Source: an uncultured archaeon
GTDB lineage: Archaea > Asgardarchaeota > Thorarchaeia > Thorarchaeales > Thorarchaeaceae
Reading direction: 5' to 3'
Length of the DNA stretch: 64,000 nucleotides
NCBI GenBank assembly: GCA_964458565.1
Contig: CAYWJO010000005.1
Location: 78,200 to 142,199 of the forward strand
Shown here: positions 39,405 through 49,592 of the stretch, piece after piece
How positions within the stretch are numbered: the stretch's first letter is position 1
Layout: each line of letters begins with the position of its first letter
Made by a program: the position numbers and the translations under genes
Notes under the pieces: model-generated
What the model saw: only the letters and a program-made list of their open reading frames with translations
Told to the model about the DNA's origin: nothing
Database searches by the model: none

Positions 39405-40382
39405 CTAATTCTGAGGTAGTGCTAAGTCTGCTATATCTTTTGCAGCCTCTCCTATTCTGAGTAGGCTATCGACAACTTCCAGATGAATCTGAGTCTCTTC
39501 ACTTGAATCTGCTATTATGTCCTGTCGATATTTCTTGATATCTTCAATAAGCTCCTTTTCCGCATCAATTACCCATGCAACCTTTTCAGAATCAAACTTA
39601 AACAGATTCCCGAACGATTTTGTAAGCATCTCCTTGGTTGTTTCAACGATTTTGTCGATTTTTTTAATACTTCTCTTCTCAAGTGGTTTATTTGTCTTGG
39701 TTGCTATATCCACAGCAAGATCTGCTATCCTCTCAATATATTGAGCAGCAAGGCGAAAATCTAGAGCTGCGACTGGAGTGATATTCATAGTTTCTGACAT
39801 CCTTGGATACTGAATTGCCAGTCGCAATTCGCGGACGATTAGAAAGAAAAGACGATCAACTTCTTCATCCCTCTGTAAGACATCATTAGCTAGTTTCTCA
39901 TCACCCTCAAAGTATGCAGTAAGTGAATCATTTAGCATTCTTGTGGCAATCAGATTCATTCTACGCATGGTATTATGAACTGGCAATGTCGACGGATCCA
40001 CAAGGCATTGTACAACTATTTGATTTTCGTCTTCATCTGTTATTTCAAGAGCAACAAAGCGGCTGATTATCTTCTTTATCATATCTCTTTCTTTGTTTGT
40101 TATAGAATCTTTACTCGTTATTTTAATTTCATCAAAGCCGAGAAGATATTTGCTTGTAATTACCCAGCGTAAGTTCGATTCCATAGCTGCTGTGGTCGAT
40201 CGAGTTTCACCAGCCTTGGGTAGTCTTGGGTCAATAATCAGACAACCATCTTCCCTCTCTGCAACAACAACAGGATCTCCTTTATGCAAATCTTGTCTCA
40301 GTACCCATTCTTTTGGAACTATGATTAGGAAGGAGCTTCCTTCCTTTCCCCCTGTTTGTTGTAGACGTCTGATATTGACCAT
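39405..40382 (-). CDS. phoU: AbrB-PhoU phosphate uptake regulator
   Basis: RRLQQTG..S..I.VPKEW, RD.EVDRL, ERIAD. Confidence 0.88.
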   Translation of the reverse strand: MVNIRRLQQTGGKEGSSFLIIVPKEWVLRQDLHKGDPVVVAEREDGCLIIDPRLPKAGETRSTTAAMESNLRWVITSKYLLGFDEIKITSKDSITNKERDMIKKIISRFVALEITDEDENQIVVQCLVDPSTLPVHNTMRRMNLIATRMLNDSLTAYFEGDEKLANDVLQRDEEVDRLFFLIVRELRLAIQYPRMSETMNITPVAALDFRLAAQYIERIADLAVDIATKTNKPLEKRSIKKIDKIVETTKEMLTKSFGNLFKFDSEKVAWVIDAEKELIEDIKKYRQDIIADSSEETQIHLEVVDSLLRIGEAAKDIADLALPQN

Positions 40383-40560
40383 TGTAAAGTCACAACCTAT
40401 TATTGGTTGGCGCTAATTGAAAACCTACTCCTCCACTTATTTGCATTACCTACGATACAATATTTCTTATTAGACAAATCCGAATAAGAAATCCATCAAG
40501 TGTATGAATCGGTAGAAGATATTAAAACTACAGATAATCAACCACTACAACTGATGTTAT

Positions 40561-42177
40561 TTGACAGACAACGAAAGTCGTGATTTACTTCATAGAATCC
40601 TAGAGGCCGGTTATCAAATCACAAGAGATGCACTTGATTTCATCCTAGATCAAGACGCGTCATCGGATACAGTTGACCTCATTTTCTCTCAACATTACAT
40701 TGTAGTTCCACCCGTAATTTCACTCGATTTCGTACTATCCATCCTAGAATTGCCTTCCAAGGATGATAATATTACACAAGATATACTCGAAATTCATGAT
40801 GAGGCAGATATTCCAGAATCAGTGGAATCTAGTGATGAATCAGATGAACCAGACGAATGGCGCATCACCATTCAAAAGAGTCCCGATCTTGATTCTGTGG
40901 GGTCCGAAGGCACAGTTGATGATTTTCTAGCTCTATTCAGAGACCGCTTCACTCGTATTAGAAACATCTACCAGAGTCGCATTGACACAACGAGTGCACT
41001 CTCTCCTGCAGTTGCAAAATCGCGAGGAGTGGATATGCGTAGACGAAGGGCTATGAGCAAGGAGGGTTTCAAAACACAAAGAGCACCAACGCAAGTGGTC
41101 CTAGGTATGGTCATATCTAAGAACGTTTCTAGGTCTGGGAATATAATAGTAGAACTTGAAGATTCCGAAGATTCCTTGATTTGCGTCATCCCTGGAAACA
41201 TCTCCGGACCGGACGGACGAAATCTATCTGAAAAAGGCAATTCCCTCCTTATTGATGAGGTGACTTGTATATCTGGTTATGTTGACCAAGACAAACGAAT
41301 GATTGCCCGAGATGTGATATTTCCGGATATTCCAACAGCACGGGATATAGGACGGGCAAAAAGAGATGTATACGCTGTTTTCATATCAGATCTTCATGTT
41401 GGAAGTTATGAGTTTCTTAATGAGGAATTCAACTCCTTTATTGATTGGCTTCGAGGAATGAATATATCTTCAGATTTGAAAGAAGTTGCAAATCAAACAC
41501 GTTATCTCTTCATTGCTGGTGATTTGGTAGATGGCATAGGAATATACCCTGGACAAAAAACAGATCTGCTTCTACCTGACATATACGACCAATATGCAAT
41601 GCTTGCTGAACTTCTGAAGAAGGTGCCAGATAATATCAAAATTGTATGTATTCCAGGAAATCATGATGCCTGTCGACAAGCACTGCCAAAACCTCCAATT
41701 CCTAAGGATTTTGCAAAGCCTCTCTATGATTTAGGAGATCAAATTCTCATGCTTGGTGATCCTAGTCAAATCCGAGTGGAAGGAGTTAGTGTGCTCCTAA
41801 CACATGGTGACTCTCAGGATGATTTGGTGACTAGCTTACCAGGTGTAACTTACAAGAATCCAGCGGAATCGATGAAAGAACTCCTAAAGAAACGCCATTT
41901 GGCTCCAATATATGGCAATAAAACAGAGATGGCTCCACTAAGACATGATTGGATGGTTATTGATTTAATACCAGATATAGTCCATTTCGGACATGCACAT
42001 CATAATGCTGTTGATAATTATCGTGGCATTCAGATAATTAACTCGGGTACGTTTCAGTCACAGACCGAATTCATGAAGAAACAAGGCATTGATCCTACTC
42101 CTGGAATTGTAACCTATGTAAACCTCCGTTCAGGTGAACCTGGTGTCATACCATTTTACAATTTCGCTAGTAGATAA
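40561..42177 (+). CDS. DNA polymerase D small (proofreading) subunit DP1
   Basis: ISDLHVGS, AGDLVDGIGIYPGQ, PGNHD, HG, RHLAP.YG, PD..H.GH.H, NSGTFQ.QTEF. Confidence 0.95.
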   Translation: MTDNESRDLLHRILEAGYQITRDALDFILDQDASSDTVDLIFSQHYIVVPPVISLDFVLSILELPSKDDNITQDILEIHDEADIPESVESSDESDEPDEWRITIQKSPDLDSVGSEGTVDDFLALFRDRFTRIRNIYQSRIDTTSALSPAVAKSRGVDMRRRRAMSKEGFKTQRAPTQVVLGMVISKNVSRSGNIIVELEDSEDSLICVIPGNISGPDGRNLSEKGNSLLIDEVTCISGYVDQDKRMIARDVIFPDIPTARDIGRAKRDVYAVFISDLHVGSYEFLNEEFNSFIDWLRGMNISSDLKEVANQTRYLFIAGDLVDGIGIYPGQKTDLLLPDIYDQYAMLAELLKKVPDNIKIVCIPGNHDACRQALPKPPIPKDFAKPLYDLGDQILMLGDPSQIRVEGVSVLLTHGDSQDDLVTSLPGVTYKNPAESMKELLKKRHLAPIYGNKTEMAPLRHDWMVIDLIPDIVHFGHAHHNAVDNYRGIQIINSGTFQSQTEFMKKQGIDPTPGIVTYVNLRSGEPGVIPFYNFASR

Positions 42178-42197
42178 TATTATTCAGATTAGGAGCA

Positions 42198-43460
42198 TTA
42201 ATGTCCCAATTCTCTTGCAATTTTACTTAGCCGCACATCCTCATCAAGAATATCTCCAATCTGTCTCTTGCCAACAGCAAGTCGTATCTTCTTTGTACGA
42301 CCGTACCGTCCTTTTGATATCACAGTAGTATTGATGAGACCTAACATATCAAGTTCACTTATCAAATCACTTACTCTTCTTTGTGTTAATGTGTCCAGAG
42401 AGAGTGTTTTTGCTAGCTCCACGTACATATTATAACACTCTCCAGTAAAGATATCTCGCTTTCCATCGCTTGCAAGTGCGTAAACCGAGAAAAGTACAGC
42501 CTTGGATTGCAAAGGTAGAGTCTTTACAGTTTCAGTTATAGTATCTCTCTCAATGATTTTTTGAGCTTCGCGTACATGATCTTGTGTGACTTTCTCTTCT
42601 CCACGTCTCTCAGAAAGTTCGCCTGCAGTTCTTAGCAAATCAAGAGCCCGTCTTGCATCTCCATGTTCTTGAGCTGCTAAGGCGCCTACAAGATTGATAA
42701 CGCCATCATCTGCAATTGCATCATCGCTGAATGCCAGTTTTACTCTTTGTTGAAGTATACCCCTGAGTTCAACTGCATTATAGGGGGGAAATATCACTTC
42801 CTCCTCTCCAAGACTTGATAATACTCTCGGATCCAACATCTCCTTGAATTTCAAATCATTACTAATCCCAATTATTGATATTCTACTATTTTTCAACTCA
42901 GAGTTCATTCGTGTTAAACCATAGAGGATATCATTTCCTTGACTTTGATCTCTCTTTACAAGATTGTCAACTTCATCCAGTACTATCACAAAAATGGTCG
43001 GTTCCTCTTCAAGCTTTTTCATCAGTATTGATCGCACTTCATCAGTCGGTAATCCTGTGAATGGTACAACAGAACCATCAGGCATAGTTGCATCTATCTC
43101 CTCACAAAGAGTTCGGATTACACGATAATTAGTACCTACAATTCTGGAATTCACATATGCTTTCAATGGAGCTCTTACACCACTCTGCTCCGCTTTGGCA
43201 ACAAGCAAATCAAGGACATATCGAGCAACTACAGTCTTACCAGTACCAGTTTTTCCATAACAGAGAATATTCGAGGGAGGTGCCCCTCGTAATGCAGGAC
43301 CAAGAATTGCTCCAATTCGATTCATTTGTTCATCCCGGTATGGTAACTCCTCTGGAACGTATGTTGGTCTCAGAGCATCTCGCTCTCTGAAAATTGCTTG
43401 CCCGTGTATGAATTTATCAAATAACTTGTCAAGAGGTTTTTCCAGTTCAATCACACTCAA
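42198..43460 (-). CDS. cdc6: Cdc6/Orc1 initiator (copy 2, Orc1-1-like)
   Basis: YGKTGTGKT, VPFTG, LDEVD, LDPRV.SSL, HGDARRALDLLR, TQRRVSD.ISELDM.G, GRYGRT. Confidence 0.95.
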   Translation of the reverse strand: MSVIELEKPLDKLFDKFIHGQAIFRERDALRPTYVPEELPYRDEQMNRIGAILGPALRGAPPSNILCYGKTGTGKTVVARYVLDLLVAKAEQSGVRAPLKAYVNSRIVGTNYRVIRTLCEEIDATMPDGSVVPFTGLPTDEVRSILMKKLEEEPTIFVIVLDEVDNLVKRDQSQGNDILYGLTRMNSELKNSRISIIGISNDLKFKEMLDPRVLSSLGEEEVIFPPYNAVELRGILQQRVKLAFSDDAIADDGVINLVGALAAQEHGDARRALDLLRTAGELSERRGEEKVTQDHVREAQKIIERDTITETVKTLPLQSKAVLFSVYALASDGKRDIFTGECYNMYVELAKTLSLDTLTQRRVSDLISELDMLGLINTTVISKGRYGRTKKIRLAVGKRQIGDILDEDVRLSKIARELGH

Positions 43461-43475
43461 TCAAATCTATGCAGT

Positions 43476-43517
43476 GGCTCCATATGCTCCAATGGTTCCA
43501 CAGGCTCCACACGAAAT
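43476..43517. repeat. Four degenerate 9-bp tandem repeats (core G(C/T)TCCA) ending in a mini-ORB-like CTCCACACGAAAT
   Basis: GGCTCCATA TGCTCCAAT GGTTCCACA GGCTCCACA CGAAAT, directly upstream of cdc6 copy 2. Confidence 0.5.
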
Positions 43518-43626
43518 CATCCTTTAAGACTACGTATTACATATAGAACTATTTAGTGAATCTATTAGGAATCAACCGAAAACTAGAAACACTCTTTGAA
43601 TATTCCTTTGTTCTGTAACTGGTCAA

Positions 43627-44265
43627 ATGGGATGTGCAATGCGACTTAGAGACCTAGAAATCGCACTTCAATCTATTGAGAGAATCAAGGATTTCGAAGT
43701 GATGCTTGAACAATACCCCACTCCAGCACAAATTGCTTCTAGCATTTTGTACGATGCTGAAATTACATACAATGATATTATGGGCAAAACAGTTCTAGAT
43801 CTTGGTTGCGGAGATGGTATCTTTGCATTGGGTGCTGCTCTCTTGGGTGCAGAATATGTAATTGGAATTGATATCCAAAGCAAAGCCTTAAAGGTCTCTA
43901 AAAGGAATTCAGAACTACTCAGGGCAGCAGCCACAATAGACTTTGTCTTAGGTGATGTTGAACAACTAACAATGACAAAGAGTATTGATACGGTAGTAAG
44001 TAACCCGCCTTTTGGAGTGAAGAAAAGAGGTGCGGACCTGAGTTTCCTAAGAAAGGCAATTGAAATCTCCAAGGTAATCTATAGCCTGCACCTAGGCACA
44101 GAGAAGAACAGAGCCTTTCTAGAACAAGAAATAGAACGCCTTGGTGGAACCGTTAAAACAATAGAAAGATTCGAATTTCCAATTCAACGAATTTACGAGT
44201 TTCATCGAAAGGCGTTACATGTGATTGAGGTTGATCTTTACCGCATAGAAAAAGAGAGTGAATGA
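43627..44265 (+). CDS. METTL5-like N6-adenine RNA methyltransferase
   Basis: LEQYPTP..IA, DLGCG.G, SNPPFG...GAD..FL, F.H.K. Confidence 0.9.
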   Translation: MGCAMRLRDLEIALQSIERIKDFEVMLEQYPTPAQIASSILYDAEITYNDIMGKTVLDLGCGDGIFALGAALLGAEYVIGIDIQSKALKVSKRNSELLRAAATIDFVLGDVEQLTMTKSIDTVVSNPPFGVKKRGADLSFLRKAIEISKVIYSLHLGTEKNRAFLEQEIERLGGTVKTIERFEFPIQRIYEFHRKALHVIEVDLYRIEKESE

Positions 44266-45007
44266 AATGGCGGATGTTAAGTCTGGAGATACAGTTGTAC
44301 CAGGTGATACACTGTGCGTGATTGAGGAATTCAGTGCTGGCCATGGCACTTATGAATCCGGAGGAATTGTATTTGCAGCTACTTCAGGTGGAGTGTCAAT
44401 CGATCTGAAAGCACGAAGCATTAGAGTGCTGGCACATGATGGAAAAAGCAAACTCTCTTTGCCAGTAGAGGGAGATATAATGGTAGGAGAGGTGATAAAT
44501 GTCTATGACCAGAGAGCGCAAATATCGATTGTAAAACGCAACAATCGTAACTTTTTCAGTCCGCTTGATGGAGAGGTTCACATCTCAAATGTAACTCGTA
44601 GATTTGTCAAGTCTATGCATGACATTCTCGCACCATTGGATATTGTTCGTGCTGTAGCAATGAATACCCATGAGATACCAGTCACACTTAGCCTTGTAGG
44701 ACCCGATTACGGGGTCTTGTTCGCCAAATGTACCAAGTGCGGCAATCCTCTAACTTTAACCGTTAGAAACCATATGATTTGTTTGAGATGCGACTACAGG
44801 ACTACACGTGAGGTAGCAAATGATTATGGTTTAATGTTTGGTCTTGAACCCAGACAAGATCTTGCCCCAAGACGCAGAACTTATGGCCAACATGGAGATG
44901 ATCGAGCCCAGGATCGCAGATATGAAAGAAGAGACCGCCGTCCCTCCGATAGCGACTCTCGAAGACGTGATTCCCGAAGACATCCAGATTCCCGGAGGAG
45001 AGATTGA
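44258..45007 (+). CDS. csl4: Exosome cap subunit Csl4 with an R/D-rich C-terminal tail
   Basis: VVPGD.L..IEEF..G.GTYE, S1 domain, GV..A.C..CG...C..C....R.VA; upstream of rpoL. Confidence 0.9.
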   Translation: MNEMADVKSGDTVVPGDTLCVIEEFSAGHGTYESGGIVFAATSGGVSIDLKARSIRVLAHDGKSKLSLPVEGDIMVGEVINVYDQRAQISIVKRNNRNFFSPLDGEVHISNVTRRFVKSMHDILAPLDIVRAVAMNTHEIPVTLSLVGPDYGVLFAKCTKCGNPLTLTVRNHMICLRCDYRTTREVANDYGLMFGLEPRQDLAPRRRTYGQHGDDRAQDRRYERRDRRPSDSDSRRRDSRRHPDSRRRD

Positions 45008-45297
45008 TGAAACCACGAGTCATAGAAATGAGCAGAAATGAGATTAAGATAGAATTTGAAGGGGAAACTCACTCGTTTCCAAATCTATTGAGGAGGACGT
45101 TACTTGAAGAGCCTTCAGTTGAGTTTGCAGGATATGCAATTGACCATCCCTTACTTGCTAGTCCCATTGTGACCATCAAAACAAAGAATCGCCATGCAAA
45201 CGTCGTGTTACGAGAAGCACTTGAAAAAATGTTAGCTAGAACAGAAGAATTTCGAAAGCGATTAAATCAGGCTGTTTTAGATCATAGTATTGATTAG
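45004..45297 (+). CDS. rpoL: RNA polymerase subunit Rpo11 (L)
   Basis: EGETHSF.NLLR..L....VEFAGY.IDHPL. Confidence 0.93.
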   Translation: MMKPRVIEMSRNEIKIEFEGETHSFPNLLRRTLLEEPSVEFAGYAIDHPLLASPIVTIKTKNRHANVVLREALEKMLARTEEFRKRLNQAVLDHSID

Positions 45298-45312
45298 CAT
45301 TCTTCTATTCAG

Positions 45313-45741
45313 GTGACCTTGTTGTGGGATTCCTTCATCCAGCATGATACTGTTAAGGCAATTCTAAATGATCAAGGTCTTGCAAAGACCGGTGATAGTA
45401 TTGTCAATTTATGTTATAGTCTATCAAAGTCTCTTGTCCTAGGTATCGCTACAGGCGAAAAGGTACGAGATTCAGTACTAGCAAAAGCAATCCGCGCAAC
45501 TACATTATATGACCAGATAAATCGCAGAACTGATCATGGGGCTGCAGCAGACTCATATGAGGCAGTAATCGCATATTTGTGGATGTCTGGTAAAGTAACC
45601 ATCGAGAATATTGTAGAGTTTCTCGTCCCTCTTCTCACTATAAACATTAAGACAAGTAGAAAACGTGAAGCCGAGATCGCATCAGAAGCTTTCAAATTAT
45701 TATTAGAACATCTATTACCGTCTCTTGAGTTTAAGATGTGA
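45313..45741 (+). CDS. Archaeal RNase III-fold protein
   Basis: D.GLAK.GDS.VN..YSL, G.KV.D..LA.A, AD..EA.IAY.W. Confidence 0.75.
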   Translation: MTLLWDSFIQHDTVKAILNDQGLAKTGDSIVNLCYSLSKSLVLGIATGEKVRDSVLAKAIRATTLYDQINRRTDHGAAADSYEAVIAYLWMSGKVTIENIVEFLVPLLTINIKTSRKREAEIASEAFKLLLEHLLPSLEFKM

Positions 45742-45819
45742 TAATAGTTCAAACCCACTATCATAATCCTTAAACGACATCTCATGTCACCTCCAGAAGC
45801 ACATGAAGAGTGAGATGAC

Positions 45820-46149
45820 ATGAAATTCTGTGACAGCTGTGGTTCTATGATGGTACCTATTACTGATGAAGATGGAAGCCGTCAATTAAAATGTAGAAGC
45901 TGTGGGGCCACAAAGAAAATCGATGGAAAACTGACAGTCAGTCATAAAATAGAGAAGACGCCTCGTGACAAAATCATTGTTGTTGAAGATGATTCTATTC
46001 CTATGCCAACCACTTCAGCATCTTGTCCAGAATGTGGCCATATCGAGGCTTATTACTGGACCGTGCAAACTAGACGTGGTGATGAGGGTGCTACAGAATT
46101 TTATCGTTGCACCAAGTGTAAACATACATGGCGCAATTATGGAGGCTAA
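45820..46149 (+). CDS. tfs: Transcription factor S
   Basis: FC..CG..M, C..CG, CPECG..EAY.W..QTR.GDE..T.FYRC.KC...WR. Confidence 0.95.
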   Translation: MKFCDSCGSMMVPITDEDGSRQLKCRSCGATKKIDGKLTVSHKIEKTPRDKIIVVEDDSIPMPTTSASCPECGHIEAYYWTVQTRRGDEGATEFYRCTKCKHTWRNYGG

Positions 46150-46195
46150 TATTTTAAGACCTATACAAACTTAAGTTTCGACAACAGAAGAGTAG

Positions 46196-46582
46196 ATGGT
46201 GCAGGATTTGTCAGAAAAAGAACGGAGCTACCCGCCTCCTAAACCCGCAGAATTAAGAACTATTCGAAGTCTCGGACCTGATACCAAAGATCCTGTGAGA
46301 ATTATGTGTTTTGTAATAGAAGCACAAACAGGTGTGGCTCTTGTACAGGATATTTATGACAACGTTGATGAAGCCACTACAATCAAGGTGTTTGTTGAAG
46401 GAACACTTCAAGTTGATAACAAATACATCTTGATTGGAACTGTAACAGAGAAGTCAACCAAAGATGGTTCTGAGCTTGTATTCAATTCTACCCTCGCTCA
46501 TAACATAGATAAATTGGAGATTAAGCTCTATAAAGAAGCCCTGGAGATGGAAGGCGCGGTATTACAGGCACTCGATCAATGA
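46196..46582 (+). CDS. Single OB-fold protein, RPA14 (Rpa3)-like
   Basis: KPA..R.I..L, VRI...V, ..IG.V, C-terminal D.L...LY.EAL.ME helix; upstream of PCNA. Confidence 0.6.
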   Translation: MVQDLSEKERSYPPPKPAELRTIRSLGPDTKDPVRIMCFVIEAQTGVALVQDIYDNVDEATTIKVFVEGTLQVDNKYILIGTVTEKSTKDGSELVFNSTLAHNIDKLEIKLYKEALEMEGAVLQALDQ

Positions 46583-46785
46583 AAAAATCAAGGAATTTAT
46601 TCATCTCATCACTCGGTCCCACCAAGAAGTACATTTAATTGGTAAGTGTATCGCTAATAGATTAGTTCAAAGATGACCCTGAATGCAAATACTCGACTAT
46701 AACCAATGAGGAACTGCACAGAATGGTCTAAGATTCATAGGAACAATGTGATTCAACTCGCAGAGAAATAATTGGAGATGCCAGA

Positions 46786-47535
46786 ATGTTTCGCGCGACA
46801 TTAGATAGTACAAAAACTTGGAAACAAATTGTGGATGCACTGGCCACCCTACTTACTGAGGTTCATTTCGTAGTATCCGATTCCGGATTGAAACTACGAC
46901 AAATGGATTCATCTAAGACGGCTATGATTGACCTCGATTTACCTGCAGGAATCTTTCAACACTATGAATGTAAGGGTGAACACGATATCTGTCTGAGAAT
47001 GGATGAGCTTGCTAAGGTGAGTAAGCGAATGTCTGGTGATGATAATCTAGAATTTGAATTGAATGATCAGCAATTCGAAATACGGATGACAGGCCAAGCT
47101 GATCGTAAATTTACTCTTCAACTCTTATCACCTCCAGAAGACAGGTCAAAGAAACCTGCATTAGACTTGGATATCAGAGCTGAAATGTTCGCTGATACTT
47201 TCAAGCAAGCTGTAAAAGATATTGGCGTATTCTCAAGCCAAATCCGAATAACAGCTAGTAAATCTTCATTGGTATTTACAGGTGAGGGTGATACTGGTAC
47301 AGCTCAAGTTGCATTGAAACCCGGAGGTGAAGATTCATCTCTATATGTATTAAATGCTAAAAAAGAATCTAGCGCCATGTATGCCTTGAATTATCTTTCT
47401 GAAATTACAAAGGCAATGGCAACAGACAGTATGACACTTCAATTTAGTACCGACAAGCCGATTTTGATAGATTTCGCATTAGCAGAAGCAGGATCCATAA
47501 GCTTCCTATTGGCTCCACGTGTTGAGCGAAAATAG
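46786..47535 (+). CDS. pcn: PCNA sliding clamp
   Basis: MF.A......WK..VDAL, MD.S..AMI...LP...F..Y, Y.L.YL..I.K, FLLAPRVE. Confidence 0.95.
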   Translation: MFRATLDSTKTWKQIVDALATLLTEVHFVVSDSGLKLRQMDSSKTAMIDLDLPAGIFQHYECKGEHDICLRMDELAKVSKRMSGDDNLEFELNDQQFEIRMTGQADRKFTLQLLSPPEDRSKKPALDLDIRAEMFADTFKQAVKDIGVFSSQIRITASKSSLVFTGEGDTGTAQVALKPGGEDSSLYVLNAKKESSAMYALNYLSEITKAMATDSMTLQFSTDKPILIDFALAEAGSISFLLAPRVERK

Positions 47536-47620
47536 AACAACAAACCCGTAATACAATTCATATTGTTGGAGATGGAAGACTAATCAAATCAATCACAATT
47601 CCATCTGGAAGGAATAATCA

Positions 47621-48967
47621 ATGACGCCGGATAAGTCTAGAGAACAGAGGGGTAAATTTCTTCAACTTATGTTTCAAGACTATTATCGGGAGAATGCCAA
47701 CAAAGTCGTAATTCCAGAGAGAATCTGGAATCGAGAATTCGGTCTTGAGAGTTGGGACTTTGTATGGAAATGCACAAAACCCGGATGTGGAAAAGAAGGC
47801 TCATCCTTCAAACCTGTACTGAAATGTCCGCATTGTGGGCATGACACATCAATGACGAAATGGCGTCGTCATATTGGATTCAGAACTGCAGATGACCTTC
47901 TTAGAGAGCTTCATACATCTGCACCACATAGTGTATATCACTCAGCAGCTTTCTATGAAACTCCTGTTGCAAGAATGGCTGAGAAAGGATGGATGGGGGC
48001 AGAATTGGTATTTGATATAGATGCAGATCATCTGGATTCACCCTGCAGTCAAAATCATGATACATGGATATGCACTAATCGGGACTGTCTTGAAACTGGT
48101 ACAGGTAACCCACCAACAGAAGGTTGTCCACGTTGTGGCGAAAACAGGTTTTCAACTCGTAAATGGGTTTGTGATAGATGTCTAGAGGATGCAAAAGATA
48201 ACACAATCAAATTATATGATGAGTTTCTTATTTCCGATTTCAATCTCGATTCCGAGTTGATACAGCTTAATTATAGCGGTCATCGCGGGTATCACATACG
48301 GGTTCGAGACCCCAAGATTTTCAAACTGGACTCACAAGGGCGTATTGAAATAATACACTACATCACTGGAATGGGTCTTGATAGCGAGCGAATTATTCGT
48401 TCAATCGGTAACACTGATGTCATTCCACCTCGTACTTTGCCTGGTTGGGCTGGTAAAATGGCTGATGCGATTTTAGAATACATACGTGATATTGATAATC
48501 AATCTAGCGAGTATAAGTGGTTAAAGAATCTAAAGGATAATCAACGAGTAGCAGCAGAAGGTCTCCTACGAAACCCCCCAATTCTTAGTCCGAAAGTGAG
48601 TGGTGTGGGTTTGAAATCTTGGCAAGAAATAGCAAAGGAATCTGCTGTAATTTATGGTGGCAAGACCGATGTTCCTGTCACTCATGATATCCACAGAGTT
48701 ATTCGACTTATTGGTAGCCTGAATGGGAAGACTGGATTCGATGTTACTCCTCTATCACGTGACGACCTTGATACTTTTGACCCGTTCAGTGATGCACTAG
48801 TCTTCAATGAAGGAACATTGAAAATTCAAGCGATATCAGGTAATTTGCCCATTCCTAGAATTCGAATCGACTCAACTAGTTATGGACCTTTTCTTGATGA
48901 AGAGCTTGAACTACCAATGCCAGTTGCTATGTTCCTACTATGTAAAGAGGTGGCTATGATTGCCTGA
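47621..48967 (+). CDS. priS: DNA primase small subunit with zinc-ribbon insertions
   Basis: REFG, RH..F, P..VY.S.A.Y, ELVFDIDAD, YSGHRGYH, D..VT.D.HR.IR..GSLNGKTG. Confidence 0.93.
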   Translation: MTPDKSREQRGKFLQLMFQDYYRENANKVVIPERIWNREFGLESWDFVWKCTKPGCGKEGSSFKPVLKCPHCGHDTSMTKWRRHIGFRTADDLLRELHTSAPHSVYHSAAFYETPVARMAEKGWMGAELVFDIDADHLDSPCSQNHDTWICTNRDCLETGTGNPPTEGCPRCGENRFSTRKWVCDRCLEDAKDNTIKLYDEFLISDFNLDSELIQLNYSGHRGYHIRVRDPKIFKLDSQGRIEIIHYITGMGLDSERIIRSIGNTDVIPPRTLPGWAGKMADAILEYIRDIDNQSSEYKWLKNLKDNQRVAAEGLLRNPPILSPKVSGVGLKSWQEIAKESAVIYGGKTDVPVTHDIHRVIRLIGSLNGKTGFDVTPLSRDDLDTFDPFSDALVFNEGTLKIQAISGNLPIPRIRIDSTSYGPFLDEELELPMPVAMFLLCKEVAMIA

Positions 48968-49592
48968 TACAAATTATGATACGATCAAAAATGTATGGAC
49001 TGATGAGCTTGAGAATGACCATCTTCAAGATTTAGAAGATCTTCGACTTAGTAAAATGATTGATTATATATCCAGTATGCGCTTGAAATTAGCTGAAACT
49101 AATGCTGAAGATCGTATACAGTTTAGTCTGCTCACTCAAGAGGTTCTTAATCTTGAGTTTATGATACACGATCTCCTTGTTCTACGACGTGATAAAATCA
49201 TTAGAGCAAGTTTCCTTCAAAGACGACCGATGGGTACAATGACCCTTGTTGAGGAAGAATTCTATAACCGTCTTTTAAGAGGCTTTGAGGGCCATAAGTT
49301 GTATATAGACGAGGTCCTCGCAGGAAACCCGTCACCAACAATGACAGTTGAAAGTCATGCATCCGATGAGTCAACAGATACCAAAACGATAGATAAAGAA
49401 TCCAATGATATGGAGTACGTCTTGGTACGTTTCTTAAAACCTATCGAATCAGCATTTCTTGGATTGGATGATGTAACATACGGACCTTACGAAGCAGAAA
49501 ATATTGCCACAATACCGATTGCAAACGCTCGTACCTGGCTACGTGATGGAACCGTTACACGAGTCATGGTGGAGGATGATTCTGATGAATGA
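48960..49592 (+). CDS. GINS subunit, Gins15/51-type
   Basis: Overlaps the priS end; R..KI, .T..EE, C-terminal B domain VRFL......F.G.D...YGP...NIATIP..NA. Confidence 0.85.
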   Translation: MPDTNYDTIKNVWTDELENDHLQDLEDLRLSKMIDYISSMRLKLAETNAEDRIQFSLLTQEVLNLEFMIHDLLVLRRDKIIRASFLQRRPMGTMTLVEEEFYNRLLRGFEGHKLYIDEVLAGNPSPTMTVESHASDESTDTKTIDKESNDMEYVLVRFLKPIESAFLGLDDVTYGPYEAENIATIPIANARTWLRDGTVTRVMVEDDSDE

